A stretch of DNA of 54,891 bases, from contig JAJEAX010000417.1 of assembly GCA_022822565.1 (NCBI GenBank), positions 1-54,891 of the forward strand. Reading direction: 5' to 3'. This document shows positions 1 to 9,664 of this stretch, piece by piece. Origin of the DNA: Candidatus Latescibacterota bacterium. Its GTDB lineage: Bacteria > Latescibacterota > UBA2968. Numbering within the stretch: the stretch's first letter is position 1; every line of letters begins with the position of its first letter. Below the pieces are notes generated by a model. That model was not told the origin of the DNA. It was given only the letters and a program-made list of their open reading frames with translations, and made no database searches. A program made the position numbers and the translations under genes.

Positions 1-37
1 CAATCAAAACATCTGTATCAATCAGAAATTCACTCAT
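1..37 (-). CDS. PIN-domain toxin (VapC-like), first 12 codons only; continues past window edge
   Basis: ATG at 37-35 overlaps the antitoxin stop (ATGA). Reads MSEFLIDTDVLI, the Asp-containing first strand typical of PIN domains. Confidence 0.5.
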   Translation of the reverse strand, partial: MSEFLIDTDVLI

Positions 38-258
38 TTCTCATACCTGTGCTGATCGCGAAGGTTACGAACATAAGAGATACCATCAGAAATGTCTTCT
101 CGATCTTTCCAGAGACCAAAAAATGAAGATGATTTCATCGCTTCCACTTTGTCCGCTTCTTGAATATGAACCTCTCCTGTGACCCCTTCATCAATTTCCC
201 GCAGTGTTTCAAGCGGTATGAAGACGCCGTTTTCATATTTTACAGGAATTGATCGCAT
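34..258 (-). CDS. small antitoxin-like protein (DUF104 / AF2212-like)
   Basis: 74 aa. N-terminal VKYENGVFIPLE-type motif. Stop overlaps the start of the downstream PIN ORF. Confidence 0.6.
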   Translation of the reverse strand: MRSIPVKYENGVFIPLETLREIDEGVTGEVHIQEADKVEAMKSSSFFGLWKDREDISDGISYVRNLRDQHRYEK

Positions 259-317
259 AATGAACGCTCCTTTTTTTGACTCCCCACGGCTATCTAATTC
301 ACGCCATCCTTGTGATA

Positions 318-346
318 AATTTACTCAGCTTTGAGAAATAGGTCAA
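318..346 (-). promoter_or_regulatory. sigma70-like promoter for antitoxin/PIN pair
   Basis: Minus strand TTGACC (346-341), 17 nt, TAAATT (323-318), about 60 nt upstream of the ATG at 258. Confidence 0.3.
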
Positions 347-356
347 GGGATCGCCT

Positions 357-1523
357 TCATTCCACTAACTCTGCGCCATTGACTGCTGAACAAACGTAAA
401 TCTCAGGCGTCAAACCCGTTGTCCTGGGATATTGTTCATTTATCGCATCTGTCAGGGCTGGTACAGCATCTCGTTCGACGATATTCACAGTACACCCTCC
501 AAAACCCGCGCCAGTCATCCGCGCGCCGAACACCCCCAGCACATTTAGAGCGATTTCTACCAGCAGATCGAGTTCTTTACCACTCACCTCGTAATCATCT
601 CGCAAACTCTCGTGGGATGTGATCATCAACTGTCCAAACCCCGACAAATCCCCATCCTTGAGCAATGCGACCGCCCGTTGCGTGCGTTCATTTTCCGTTA
701 TCACATGGCGGCACCGCTTCAGCACTGTCTCCGACAACGCACCACCGTAAATATCCAGAATTTCCATCGACACATCGCGCAGTGCCCTTATATCTTTCCC
801 CATTGCTCGCGCGAGAAGCGAAACCCCACTTTCACAGGCAGACCGCCGATCATTATATGCCGAATCCGTCAGACCTCGCGTCACGCCCGAGTTGCAAATC
901 ACAATCTGAATATCGTCGCCAAAAAGAGGGACAAGCTCAAACGAAAGATCGCGGCAATCGAGAAACAGCGCGTGACCTGCCCGGCCATTTGCCGAGATAA
1001 ACTGATCCATGATCCCGCAATTAACACCCACAAAATGATTTTCTGCGCGCTGTCCCAAAAGAGCCAGATCAGGCCCGCTTATTTCAATGTGATTTAACAC
1101 AACCATCCCCTTCCCCACCGCCATCTCCACAGCAGCCGAACTGCTCAATCCCGCCCCCATAGGCACATTGCCCACAATCGCCGCATCAAAACCACACAGC
1201 GAATGCCCGAGCTTTTGAAACTCGCGCACCACGCCCTTTGGATAATTTGCCCAATTGCCCAGTGCCTCCAACACATCATCGACCCGGAACTCAGCCACCT
1301 CTTCGTGCATCGCCGAGTAAATCCGCACCCGCGAATCAACTCTCGACCGCGCAGCAACAACCGCCCAGCGGTCAATTGCCGCGGGAAACACAAAGCCCTC
1401 ATTGTAATCCGTGTGTTCCCCAATCAAATTGACGCGCCCCGGTGCCTGCACGGTGACATCCGCCTGCCCCTCAAAAACCGATTCAAAAGCGTCTCGCGCC
1501 TGTGTGATAATAGGATGCAACAT
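357..1523 (-). CDS. galK: galactokinase
   Basis: 388 aa. GRVNLIGEHTDYNEGFVFP galactokinase signature and PMGAGLSSSAA GHMP-kinase ATP motif. Confidence 0.95.
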   Translation of the reverse strand: MLHPIITQARDAFESVFEGQADVTVQAPGRVNLIGEHTDYNEGFVFPAAIDRWAVVAARSRVDSRVRIYSAMHEEVAEFRVDDVLEALGNWANYPKGVVREFQKLGHSLCGFDAAIVGNVPMGAGLSSSAAVEMAVGKGMVVLNHIEISGPDLALLGQRAENHFVGVNCGIMDQFISANGRAGHALFLDCRDLSFELVPLFGDDIQIVICNSGVTRGLTDSAYNDRRSACESGVSLLARAMGKDIRALRDVSMEILDIYGGALSETVLKRCRHVITENERTQRAVALLKDGDLSGFGQLMITSHESLRDDYEVSGKELDLLVEIALNVLGVFGARMTGAGFGGCTVNIVERDAVPALTDAINEQYPRTTGLTPEIYVCSAVNGAELVE

Positions 1524-1528
1524 CGAAA

Positions 1529-3685
1529 TTACCCCTTCTCAACTTTTCGCATCGCCCACCGGATCTCCTCTGCCGTCATATCCGGATCTGAGGGATTGAT
1601 GAGATTGCCAAAAATATCTGCCCCCACCACATGCTTTCGCAAACCAGGTCCCCGCAAAAGCGACGTAATGTGAATTTGCATGTGATAGCCGCGATCCACG
1701 CCATCTGTTGGTGCTTGCATCAATGCCAGGCTGTAGTGATACGGCGCACCAAACAACTCGTCTAACCCGCCGAGAACATCGCGCAACCCCACTGCCAGAT
1801 CGCGACGATCTTCCCCATCCAAATCCAGCAAACTCGCAACATGTGCCTTTGGTACAATAATTACATCATAGGGAAATTGTGCGGCAAACGGAACATAAGC
1901 CAGCACATGGGGGCGATCGACGAGAATTCGCCGTCCATCTTCGGCTTCGACGCGATTGGCATCGCACACAAAACAGCGTCCCGTCTTCTCGCGATGAGAT
2001 TCAAACATAGCCAATTGCGGTTTCACCATCAAATCCGGAATCTCGCAATACGCATAAACCTGTCCGTGCGGATGCGGCTGAGAATTGCCCATCACCGTGC
2101 CCCGATTCTCAAAAATCAGCGGATACACAACATCAGGCTCCTTTCCCAACCGATCGTAAATCTCTGCCCATGCGTCAATCACCTGAACGAACGCGTCCAA
2201 AGATAGCGTTGACAAACGCTGTGCGTGATTCGGTGTATAGACCACCACCTCGCACACACCCCGAGAGGTGCGCGAGAGATATGGACCCAATTGCGCCTGC
2301 GTTTGATAGGCGTCCAATACCAGCGTGGGAAAATCGTTCTCGAATGTCCACACGCCCTTGTAATTGGGATTTACAGCGCCCGTCGCGCGCGTATTCCCGG
2401 GACAGAGATAGCATTCGGGGTCATAAGCCTTATCATCTCCTCCCTCCATAAGCTGCGTTTCTCCGCGCCAGGGTCTGTCTGCGCGATGGGCGGCGATATT
2501 GACCCACCGATTCCAAAAAGGATTAAATCGCTCCTCCTGCACAACCCGATACCCCTGAGGATGAAGGCGATGCCAGTGATAGGCGGATTCCAGCGTCTCA
2601 TGTAGCGTTTCCCTCGCAACCCATCCCATATCGCGCTCAATGCGACTCGCATCGGCAATAAGCGTTGCGGGATCGCCACTTCGCGGCGGTCCAATCGTTT
2701 CGGGAATCGCCTGGCCGGTTACCTCGCGCGCGGCTTCCAAAATCTCCCTCACGCTCACGCCCTGTCCCCTACCGAGATTGTACGTCGCAGACCGCCCCCC
2801 TGCCAACAACATATCCAGGCTCTTAATATGGGCATCGGCTAATTCCACCACAGAAATATAATCTCGTACAGCCGTGCCATCGAAGGTTGCATAATCATCG
2901 CCAAATACTGTCATCTGTTCGCACTGCCCCAAAGCCACTTGCAACACAATGGGGATCAAATGTGTCTCGGGATCGTGATCTTCACCAATCAGCCGCGAAG
3001 GATCGGCACCTGCGGCATTAAAATAGCGGAGAACAACATATCTTCCACCAGCCTCTCCCTCGGCATGCCGCAACATGCGTTCATCCATCATTTTCGTAAT
3101 GCCATAGACATTCGTGGGAATTTTTAGTAGCGCAATATCTTCTTCGGAGAGTTTGAAAGCGATGTGTTTTTTATACCACCTCAAAAGTGTCTCAAAATCC
3201 ACCGCAGCAGGCATTAACTGACTTTTCTCAAAGCCACCATCAGCGATCCATTTCCGCTGATAATTTTCCTTCAAGGGAATGTGTTCTGCGCGGGGTTCGC
3301 CATACGTCGCCGCCGTAGATGATTTCACAATGGGCAATCCTTTGCCCACATCCAACAAATTCTGAAAAGCAATCACATTATTCTCAAAATATTTGTACGG
3401 CATATCTTGAGATTCTCCTACCAGTGTCCGAGCGGCAAAATCGATAATGCCACAAAAATCGTGACTATCAAAAACAGAAGCCAGAGCACTGCGATCGAGC
3501 AAATTGACATGCTCGAAACAAAATTGCTCTGGCCCATACACCCGTTCAAACAGCGTAACAACTTCCCGGTGTCCCTTTGACAGGTCATCGAGCACCACAA
3601 CCCGGCGGTGATCTTCCAACAAACGCCGCACCACGTGACTGCCAACATAGCCTGCTCCACCTGTCACCAAAACAGCACCTACCAT
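1529..3685 (-). CDS. fused UDP-glucose 4-epimerase (N-terminal) / galactose-1-phosphate uridylyltransferase (C-terminal)
   Basis: 718 aa single ORF. The first ~380 residues have GGAGYVGSH Rossmann and YGITK (YxxxK) motifs and end in HWHRLHPQGY, like the GalE C-terminus. The rest has CYLCPGN zinc and HPHGQ active-site motifs of class I GalT. Confidence 0.85.
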   Translation of the reverse strand: MVGAVLVTGGAGYVGSHVVRRLLEDHRRVVVLDDLSKGHREVVTLFERVYGPEQFCFEHVNLLDRSALASVFDSHDFCGIIDFAARTLVGESQDMPYKYFENNVIAFQNLLDVGKGLPIVKSSTAATYGEPRAEHIPLKENYQRKWIADGGFEKSQLMPAAVDFETLLRWYKKHIAFKLSEEDIALLKIPTNVYGITKMMDERMLRHAEGEAGGRYVVLRYFNAAGADPSRLIGEDHDPETHLIPIVLQVALGQCEQMTVFGDDYATFDGTAVRDYISVVELADAHIKSLDMLLAGGRSATYNLGRGQGVSVREILEAAREVTGQAIPETIGPPRSGDPATLIADASRIERDMGWVARETLHETLESAYHWHRLHPQGYRVVQEERFNPFWNRWVNIAAHRADRPWRGETQLMEGGDDKAYDPECYLCPGNTRATGAVNPNYKGVWTFENDFPTLVLDAYQTQAQLGPYLSRTSRGVCEVVVYTPNHAQRLSTLSLDAFVQVIDAWAEIYDRLGKEPDVVYPLIFENRGTVMGNSQPHPHGQVYAYCEIPDLMVKPQLAMFESHREKTGRCFVCDANRVEAEDGRRILVDRPHVLAYVPFAAQFPYDVIIVPKAHVASLLDLDGEDRRDLAVGLRDVLGGLDELFGAPYHYSLALMQAPTDGVDRGYHMQIHITSLLRGPGLRKHVVGADIFGNLINPSDPDMTAEEIRWAMRKVEKG

Positions 3686-3813
3686 ATCTGCTCCTCTACA
3701 GAATGGTGTACAACGGAGAAAAAATTATCACTTTGCACACAAATATACACATTGAACAAGAAGAGACTGAACTATTTTCACAACGCGATATATACCTCGC
3801 ATTTGTTTTGAAC

Positions 3814-3842
3814 TTGACATCTTGTCATAAAGGCCTTACTTT
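3814..3842 (+). promoter_or_regulatory. candidate greA promoter
   Basis: TTGACA (3814-3819), 17 nt, TACTTT (3837-3842). Confidence 0.3.
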
Positions 3843-3894
3843 CTACACATATAGACGACACGTTGTCCTTTTCTGTTATGCTGTGTGTAAAAAA

Positions 3895-3943
3895 AGTCTA
3901 TCTCGAAACCCAGTATCGGCTTCCGAGATAGACTTTTCATTTC
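3895..3943 (+). promoter_or_regulatory. stem-loop in greA 5' leader (possible attenuator)
   Basis: Perfect 11 bp stem AGTCTATCTCG (3895-3905) / CGAGATAGACT (3924-3934), then TTTTCATTTC. It ends 14 nt before the greA ATG. An A-run lies on the 5' side. Confidence 0.35.
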
Positions 3944-3956
3944 ATGGGATATTATT

Positions 3957-4430
3957 ATGAACCGCGTTTACTTAACCAAAAACGGGTATGAGAAAATTCG
4001 AACTGAGTTGATCCGTCTGCAAACCAAAGAACGACCAACTGTCATAGCGGCGATCAAAAAGGCACGCGAGTTTGGCGATCTGAGCGAAAACGCCGAATAC
4101 CACGCAGCCAAAGAACGACAGGCATTTCTCGAAAAGAAAATTGTCGAATTGCAAGAAAAACTCACGAACTCGGAAATTATCGACGAAAGCCAAATCCCCA
4201 AAGACAAAGCCTATTTGGGTGCAACGGTTAAATTACAGGATAAAAAAAATGGCAGAGAAATGCAGTACACGCTGGTCACTGTAGATGAAGCCGATTTTGA
4301 TCAAAATAAAATATCGACAGCATCTCCCATTGGCAAAGCTCTGTTGGGAAAACGCGTTGGCGAGGTCGTCGATGTACAGGTGCCCGTTGGCATACTCACT
4401 TATGAGATTCTCGATATATCGAGAGATTGA
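3957..4430 (+). CDS. greA: transcription elongation factor GreA
   Basis: 157 aa. N-terminal coiled-coil region with GDLSENAEYHAAKE motif and a C-terminal FKBP-like domain. Confidence 0.95.
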   Translation: MNRVYLTKNGYEKIRTELIRLQTKERPTVIAAIKKAREFGDLSENAEYHAAKERQAFLEKKIVELQEKLTNSEIIDESQIPKDKAYLGATVKLQDKKNGREMQYTLVTVDEADFDQNKISTASPIGKALLGKRVGEVVDVQVPVGILTYEILDISRD

Positions 4431-4467
4431 GTTTTTTTACAATTTTTTTGTCTTTCAAATCACAAAC

Positions 4468-4505
4468 AAAAAGGGCAAACCGACATCTGTCGGTTTGCCC
4501 TTTTA
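4468..4505. terminator. bidirectional intrinsic terminator between convergent greA and rplQ
   Basis: 12 bp stem GGGCAAACCGAC (4473-4484) / GTCGGTTTGCCC (4489-4500), flanked by an A-run and a T-run. Confidence 0.7.
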
Positions 4506-4519
4506 AAATGCATAGAAGG

Positions 4520-4966
4520 TCAGGCTTCTTTTTTCTTTTCTTCTCCAGCTTCCTCTTCTTCAGCAGAAGTGTCAGACTCCGTTTCCACATCATCAGTTTC
4601 GGATATTGTGCCATCGACCACCAGCTCGATCAAACACAATTCGCTGCTGTCACCTCGTCTGGGACCGAGCTTGAGAATGCGCGTATATCCGCCACTTCGA
4701 TCAGCATAAGAAGGGCCAATTTCTTCAAATAACTTTGTGAGCACCACCTTATTCTGAATGCGTCGCAAGACTTGACGCCGCGCATGCAAGTCGCCACGCT
4801 TGGCAAAAGAGATCAATCGTTCAGCGACACCGCGCAATTCTTTCGCCTTCGGCAGTGTAGTACGCACCTTGCCTTTGTCAAACAGAGATGTGGCCATATT
4901 GTTGAGCATGGCTTTTTTATGGCTCGCCGTGCGACCCAGTTTTCTGCCCCTTTTCCCGTGCCTCAT
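4520..4966 (-). CDS. rplQ: 50S ribosomal protein L17 (acidic/lysine C-terminal tail)
   Basis: MRHGKRGRKLGRTASHKKAM N-terminus. Last gene of the alpha operon. Confidence 0.95.
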   Translation of the reverse strand: MRHGKRGRKLGRTASHKKAMLNNMATSLFDKGKVRTTLPKAKELRGVAERLISFAKRGDLHARRQVLRRIQNKVVLTKLFEEIGPSYADRSGGYTRILKLGPRRGDSSELCLIELVVDGTISETDDVETESDTSAEEEEAGEEKKKEA

Positions 4967-4977
4967 TGGTTTCCTCG

Positions 4978-6021
4978 TTAAAAATCGTCGTCCAAAACCG
5001 AGATGTGATCAGATTCGGCAGCGACGTCTTGATATTTGCTTACATCAATGCCAAATGCAATGCCTAAATCTTCGAGAATAGCTGTCAATTCATTGAGCGA
5101 TTTACGACCAAAATTGCGGAATTTGAGCATTTCGTTTTCCGTTTTTTGAACGAGATCTTCAAGTGTTATAATATTGGCAGCTTTTAAGCAATTGGCCGAC
5201 CGCACCGACAATTCCAACTCATCGACAGGCCTCTTGAGCAGTGTTGCAATGCGGCGCGTTTCCTCATCGACAACTTCTTCTAATTCTTCTTCTGGCTCTT
5301 CTTCAAAGTTGATAAACAATTCGAGATGGTCTTTCAATATGCTCGCGGCATGCGCCACTGCATCATCGGGGCGCACAACGCTGTTTGTCCAAACAGCCAA
5401 TGAAAGTTTATCGTAGTCGGTCTGCTGTCCCACTCGCGCATTATCGACTTCATAATGCACTTTGCGGATTGGGGAAAAAGCAGCATCCAGCACAATGGTC
5501 CCCATGGGCTGCTCTATCTGCTTGTTCGCCTCTGCCAGCACATAGCCCCGGCCTTTTCCAACGGTGACTTCCATGTCGAGCACACCGTCTTTGTCGAGTG
5601 TTGCAATATGCAAATCGGGATTCATCACTTCGACATCAGCATCGACTTGCAGATCGCCAGCCACGAGTTCTCCCGGTCCTTCTTTTTTTACATATAGCAG
5701 TTTGTCTGCATCTGTATGCACGCGCAGACAAACTTCCTTGAGATTTAGAACGATTTCCGTCACATCTTCCTCGACGCCCTCGACCACGGTAAACTCGTGC
5801 TGAATCCCTTCAATTTTCACGGCTTTAATAGCTGCCCCCTCAATAGAGGAGAGCAAAACGCGGCGCAGTGCATTCCCAATCGTAGCACCAAACCCGCGCT
5901 CGAGAGGTTGAACACTAAACAGGCCGTAATTGTCACTCAGGCTTTCTTCATCGATCTGTACAAATCGAGGCATTTGAAAATTTTTCACGTCCATAAACAA
6001 AAGCTCCTGGTGCGCGTCCAT
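4978..6021 (-). CDS. rpoA: DNA-directed RNA polymerase subunit alpha
   Basis: 347 aa with RpoA NTD and CTD. The ATG at 6021 overlaps the rpsD stop by 1 nt. An alternative ATG lies 27 nt downstream. Confidence 0.93.
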   Translation of the reverse strand: MDAHQELLFMDVKNFQMPRFVQIDEESLSDNYGLFSVQPLERGFGATIGNALRRVLLSSIEGAAIKAVKIEGIQHEFTVVEGVEEDVTEIVLNLKEVCLRVHTDADKLLYVKKEGPGELVAGDLQVDADVEVMNPDLHIATLDKDGVLDMEVTVGKGRGYVLAEANKQIEQPMGTIVLDAAFSPIRKVHYEVDNARVGQQTDYDKLSLAVWTNSVVRPDDAVAHAASILKDHLELFINFEEEPEEELEEVVDEETRRIATLLKRPVDELELSVRSANCLKAANIITLEDLVQKTENEMLKFRNFGRKSLNELTAILEDLGIAFGIDVSKYQDVAAESDHISVLDDDF

Positions 6022-6650
6022 TACTTGGAGTAAAGCTCAACAATGAGCTGCTCTTCAACAGGCGTCGGTATATCATCTCGCTTTGGATATTCTACAAGCG
6101 TACCACTCAAATTCACTTTATCTACCGAAAGCCAGGACGATTGACCTCCATCACCTGTGCGCTTGAGTGCATCGTGAATAAGTTGCATCTGGCGACTTCT
6201 TTCTCGCACCTGCACAGTATCTCCCGGCGAAACCTGGAATGAGGGAATATCCACGGTTCGTCCATTGACAGCAATGTGGCGATGTCTCACGAGTTGCCGC
6301 GCTGATTTTCGAGATGGCGCAAAACCCAAACGATATATCATGTTGTCCAGGCGACATTCGAGCATCTGCAAAAGCAACTCACCCGTCACACCCTTTCTGC
6401 GAGCGGCTTTTGAATAATACGTGCGAAACTGGTTTTCCAGCACGCCGTAGATACGCTTTGTTTTTTGTTTTTCTCGGAGTTGAAGTGCGTATTCCGATGG
6501 CTTTCGACGCATATTTTGTCCATGCATGCCGGGCGCATAACTTCGTCGGTCAAATGAACATTTGTCCATTTGACATCGCGCACCTTTGAGAAACAATTTC
6601 ATACCTTCTCGTCGGCACAATTTACAACTCGAGCCAGTGTATCTCGCCAT
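6021..6650 (-). CDS. rpsD: 30S ribosomal protein S4
   Basis: 209 aa. MARYTGSSCKLCRREG N-terminus with a Cys cluster. Confidence 0.96.
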   Translation of the reverse strand: MARYTGSSCKLCRREGMKLFLKGARCQMDKCSFDRRSYAPGMHGQNMRRKPSEYALQLREKQKTKRIYGVLENQFRTYYSKAARRKGVTGELLLQMLECRLDNMIYRLGFAPSRKSARQLVRHRHIAVNGRTVDIPSFQVSPGDTVQVRERSRQMQLIHDALKRTGDGGQSSWLSVDKVNLSGTLVEYPKRDDIPTPVEEQLIVELYSK

Positions 6651-6673
6651 TCAATATCTCCCTGTTTTCTGTG

Positions 6674-7057
6674 TTAAACGCGACGTCGCTTAGGAGGGCG
6701 GCACCCATTGTGTGGAATTGGCGTAACATCTTTGATCGCTGAAATTTCCAATCCAGCCCCCTGTAGCGAGCGCACGGCGGCTTCTCGTCCAACGCCAGGT
6801 CCTTTGACCCAGACTTCCACCCGACGCAAACCCATTGCCATCGCCTCTCGCGCCGCATCCGTAGCAGCCAGCTGAGCAGCATAGGGTGTGCTTTTTCTAG
6901 ACCCCTTAAACCCCACTTTTCCCGTTGATGACCAGGAAATAACTCTGCCTTCACGATCACTCAAGGTGACAATAGTATTGTTAAAACTGGCATTGACGTG
7001 TGCGACGCCATGAGCTTCAACGCGTCTATTCCGTCGTCTCCCTCTTCTGACTGCCAA
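6674..7057 (-). CDS. rpsK: 30S ribosomal protein S11
   Basis: The ORF-track start at 7147 would overlap rpsM by 58 nt. An in-frame TTG at 7057 follows AAGGAGGAG by 6 nt and gives a normal 127 aa S11 ([15 protein letters not shown]). Confidence 0.9.
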   Translation of the reverse strand: MAVRRGRRRNRRVEAHGVAHVNASFNNTIVTLSDREGRVISWSSTGKVGFKGSRKSTPYAAQLAATDAAREAMAMGLRRVEVWVKGPGVGREAAVRSLQGAGLEISAIKDVTPIPHNGCRPPKRRRV

Positions 7058-7088
7058 ACGACTCCTCCTTTGATTGTCCTGCGTTTTG

Positions 7089-7463
7089 TTATACAGTTCG
7101 TCTTCGGCTGCCAATACTGGGTTTCTTTCCCTTGCGCGTCCTGGCATTGGTGCGCGTTCGCTGGCCTCTCACCGGCAATCCCCGACGCCACCGCAAACCG
7201 CGATAGCATCCAATATCCATCAATCGCTTGATGTTCATGGCAACTTCGCTTCGCAGGTTTCCTTCAACCTTGTATTCGCCTTCAACAACTGAGCGCAATT
7301 TAGCGACTTCCTCATCAGTCAAAGTATCTACGCGCGTATCAGGCGAAATCTGTGTCTGTGTCAAAATCTTTTGGGACGTACTCAAACCTATGCCCAAAAT
7401 ATATGTCAACGCAACTTCCACGCGCTTTTCTCTGGGAATATCTACACCTGCAATTCGGGCCAT
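7089..7463 (-). CDS. rpsM: 30S ribosomal protein S13
   Basis: 124 aa. [16 protein letters not shown]-terminus. Confidence 0.96.
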   Translation of the reverse strand: MARIAGVDIPREKRVEVALTYILGIGLSTSQKILTQTQISPDTRVDTLTDEEVAKLRSVVEGEYKVEGNLRSEVAMNIKRLMDIGCYRGLRWRRGLPVRGQRTRTNARTRKGKKPSIGSRRRTV

Positions 7464-7484
7464 GTTATTGCGTCTCCTATGAGG

Positions 7485-7601
7485 TTATCCCTGTCGCTGT
7501 TTATGTCGCGGGTTGACTTTGCAAATCACGCGCACAACACCGCGTCGGCGAATAATTTTACAGTGATTGCAACGACGGCGAACAGATGATTGGACTTTCA
7601 T
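7485..7601 (-). CDS. rpmJ: 50S ribosomal protein L36
   Basis: Not in the ORF track because it is under 60 aa. Hand translation gives [38 protein letters not shown]. Confidence 0.9.
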   Translation of the reverse strand: MKVQSSVRRRCNHCKIIRRRGVVRVICKVNPRHKQRQG

Positions 7602-7628
7602 AAATAAATCTCCAGCATTTAAAATAAA

Positions 7629-8972
7629 TCAGGCTCGGCGCCCTCGAATACGACCTTTTTTCATAAACCCATCGTAGTGGCGCATCAACAAATGCGATTC
7701 AACCTGCTGTAAAGTATCGAGTGCCACACCGACCATAATCAACAAACCCGTGCCGCCAAACACTTGTTCGAGACCTGGATGAACCCCCATAGAATTAATA
7801 ATAAAGTATGGGCCAACGGCTATTGCAGCTAAGAAAATCGCACCTGGCATGTTGATTCGCGTAAGCACCCGGTCAATAAAGTCTGAGGTGCGTTTGCCCG
7901 GTCTGACGCCGGGAATAAATCCGCCTTGCCGTTTCATATTATCGGCCAGATCAATCGGATTAAACACAATGGCGGTATAAAAGTAGGCAAAGAAAATGAC
8001 CAGCAATGAGTAAATCGACCAGTAGGGCAATGACACCCAGGACATACTCGGCGTAAAAGCGGCCGCAAAATTTTGCATAAATTCATTATTAGGAGCAAAT
8101 CCGGCCATTGTCGCAGGTAAAAACATAATGGCCTGAGCAAAAATAATAGGCATCACGCCAGAAGTATTGACTTTAAGCGGTATATGTGTGCTTTGCCCAC
8201 CATATACCCGCCGCCCAACGACGCGTTTGGCGTATTGTACCGGAATTCTACGCGTCCCCTGTGTGATGAGCACCACCAGGGCAGTCAATGCAACAACGAT
8301 AACTAAAACAGCTATTTCGATCAAAATTGGTTTGTCATTGGTCACAAAATCCCGATATTCCTGCCGCACGACAAAGGGCAATGCCGCAATAATACCAATA
8401 AAAATAAGTAGCGACATCCCATTGCCGATGCCGTGTGCATCAATCTGTTCCCCCAACCACATAATAAACACGGTTCCGGCAGTAATTGTCAATACAGTCA
8501 ACAGACGGAAGCCCCACCCGGGATAGAGTACGACCGAAAGGCCCGTTTCTGGCGACTGAAGGCTTTCCAGAAAAAAGCTCACGCCCAGAGACTGCGCTGC
8601 TGCCAGTGCAACTGTGCCATACCGCGTATATTGAATGATTTTTTTGCGCCCTGCTTCACCTTCTTTTTGCAACTTTTGGAGGGATGGCACCACAGCACCC
8701 ATCAATTGAAAAATAATGGACGCACTAATATAGGGCATAATACCCAGAGCAAATACCGTTGCACGGGTAAACGCCCCACCTACAAACATGTCGTAGAGGC
8801 CAAAAATCGTCTGGCTGGTGCCTGCAAAAAATTCACCCAGAGCAACCCGGTCTATTCCGGGTATGGGAATCTGCCCACCCAGGCGATAAATCGCCAAAAT
8901 ACCCAGCGTAAATAATACCTTATTTCGCAGTTCCGGAATCTTAAAAACGCTCTTGACGCTCTCGAGCAACAC
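7629..8972 (-). CDS. secY: preprotein translocase subunit SecY
   Basis: 447 aa polytopic membrane protein in the canonical position. Start is GTG at 8972 or TTG at 8969, after GAGGAGG. Confidence 0.95.
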   Translation of the reverse strand: MLLESVKSVFKIPELRNKVLFTLGILAIYRLGGQIPIPGIDRVALGEFFAGTSQTIFGLYDMFVGGAFTRATVFALGIMPYISASIIFQLMGAVVPSLQKLQKEGEAGRKKIIQYTRYGTVALAAAQSLGVSFFLESLQSPETGLSVVLYPGWGFRLLTVLTITAGTVFIMWLGEQIDAHGIGNGMSLLIFIGIIAALPFVVRQEYRDFVTNDKPILIEIAVLVIVVALTALVVLITQGTRRIPVQYAKRVVGRRVYGGQSTHIPLKVNTSGVMPIIFAQAIMFLPATMAGFAPNNEFMQNFAAAFTPSMSWVSLPYWSIYSLLVIFFAYFYTAIVFNPIDLADNMKRQGGFIPGVRPGKRTSDFIDRVLTRINMPGAIFLAAIAVGPYFIINSMGVHPGLEQVFGGTGLLIMVGVALDTLQQVESHLLMRHYDGFMKKGRIRGRRA

Positions 8973-8991
8973 CGCCTCCTCTCAGCCGTGC

Positions 8992-9456
8992 TCAGTCGGT
9001 TTTGGCCGCGCCACCGATGTTGGCCTCAACTTGTCCCCCAGCTGCAAGAACTTTTTTTGCTGCTGCAGCTGATATCGCCTGAACCCGAATCTGTAATGGT
9101 GCAGAAATTTCGCCTCGCCCCAAAATCTTCACAGGGCGTTTTGTAGAGGAAATCAAATCTGCGTTTTTGAGCACTTCAGGGGTAATCTCACCCGAAAGTT
9201 CTCTTTCCGCCAGGTCGTCGAGATTTACGACCTGATAGGTCACCCGAAAAGGGTTGTTAAACCCAACTTTCGGCAAGCGCTGCTGCAGGGGCATTTGTCC
9301 CCCTTCAAACCAAACTTTGCGCTTGGATCCCGAGCGCGCCCGCTGTCCTTTGTGCCCTTTGCCCGCAGTTTTACCTGTTCCGGAGCCAGGACCAATGCCC
9401 AAACGTTTCTTCTTAAAAGTTGCCCCTTTGGGCGGAGAGAGATTCCCTAGTTTCAT
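8992..9456 (-). CDS. rplO: 50S ribosomal protein L15
   Basis: True start taken at the internal ATG (MKLGNLSPPKGA...). The longer ORF-track start would overlap rpmD. Confidence 0.92.
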   Translation of the reverse strand: MKLGNLSPPKGATFKKKRLGIGPGSGTGKTAGKGHKGQRARSGSKRKVWFEGGQMPLQQRLPKVGFNNPFRVTYQVVNLDDLAERELSGEITPEVLKNADLISSTKRPVKILGRGEISAPLQIRVQAISAAAAKKVLAAGGQVEANIGGAAKTD

Positions 9457-9472
9457 TCTCACATCCCGCGTT

Positions 9473-9664
9473 TTATGTTTCTTCAACTTTGACCAGATGT
9501 GCAACAGCCGCCAACATACCGCGCAATTGAGGAGAGTCAGCGTGTTCCACAGTATGCCGAATGCGGCGAATTCCCAACGCATCCAGAGTTTGTTGTTGTT
9601 TTTTTTGTCGCTTAATTGCACTGCGAATTTGTGTAATCCTCAGTATTTTTTGCTCGCCCATCAC
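9473..9664 (-). CDS. rpmD: 50S ribosomal protein L30
   Basis: 63 aa. ...[16 protein letters not shown]... Overlaps the rpsE stop by 4 nt. Confidence 0.92.
   Translation of the reverse strand: MMGEQKILRITQIRSAIKRQKKQQQTLDALGIRRIRHTVEHADSPQLRGMLAAVAHLVKVEET

Noticed and set aside
7602-7628. Looked for infA, adk and map between secY and rpmJ, and for rpmG between tRNA-Trp and secE (33230-33244).
   Set aside because: The gaps are only 27 nt and 15 nt, so these genes are genuinely absent here rather than missed.
8992-9621. Long N-terminal extensions in the ORF track for rplO and similar ones for rpsK, rplF, rpsH, rplE, rplW, rpsL, nusG, secE, batE, DUF4340 and the DUF4013 protein.
   Set aside because: The extensions overlap the preceding gene or a tRNA, lack an SD and are not part of the conserved families. 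Internal starts with an SD were chosen instead.
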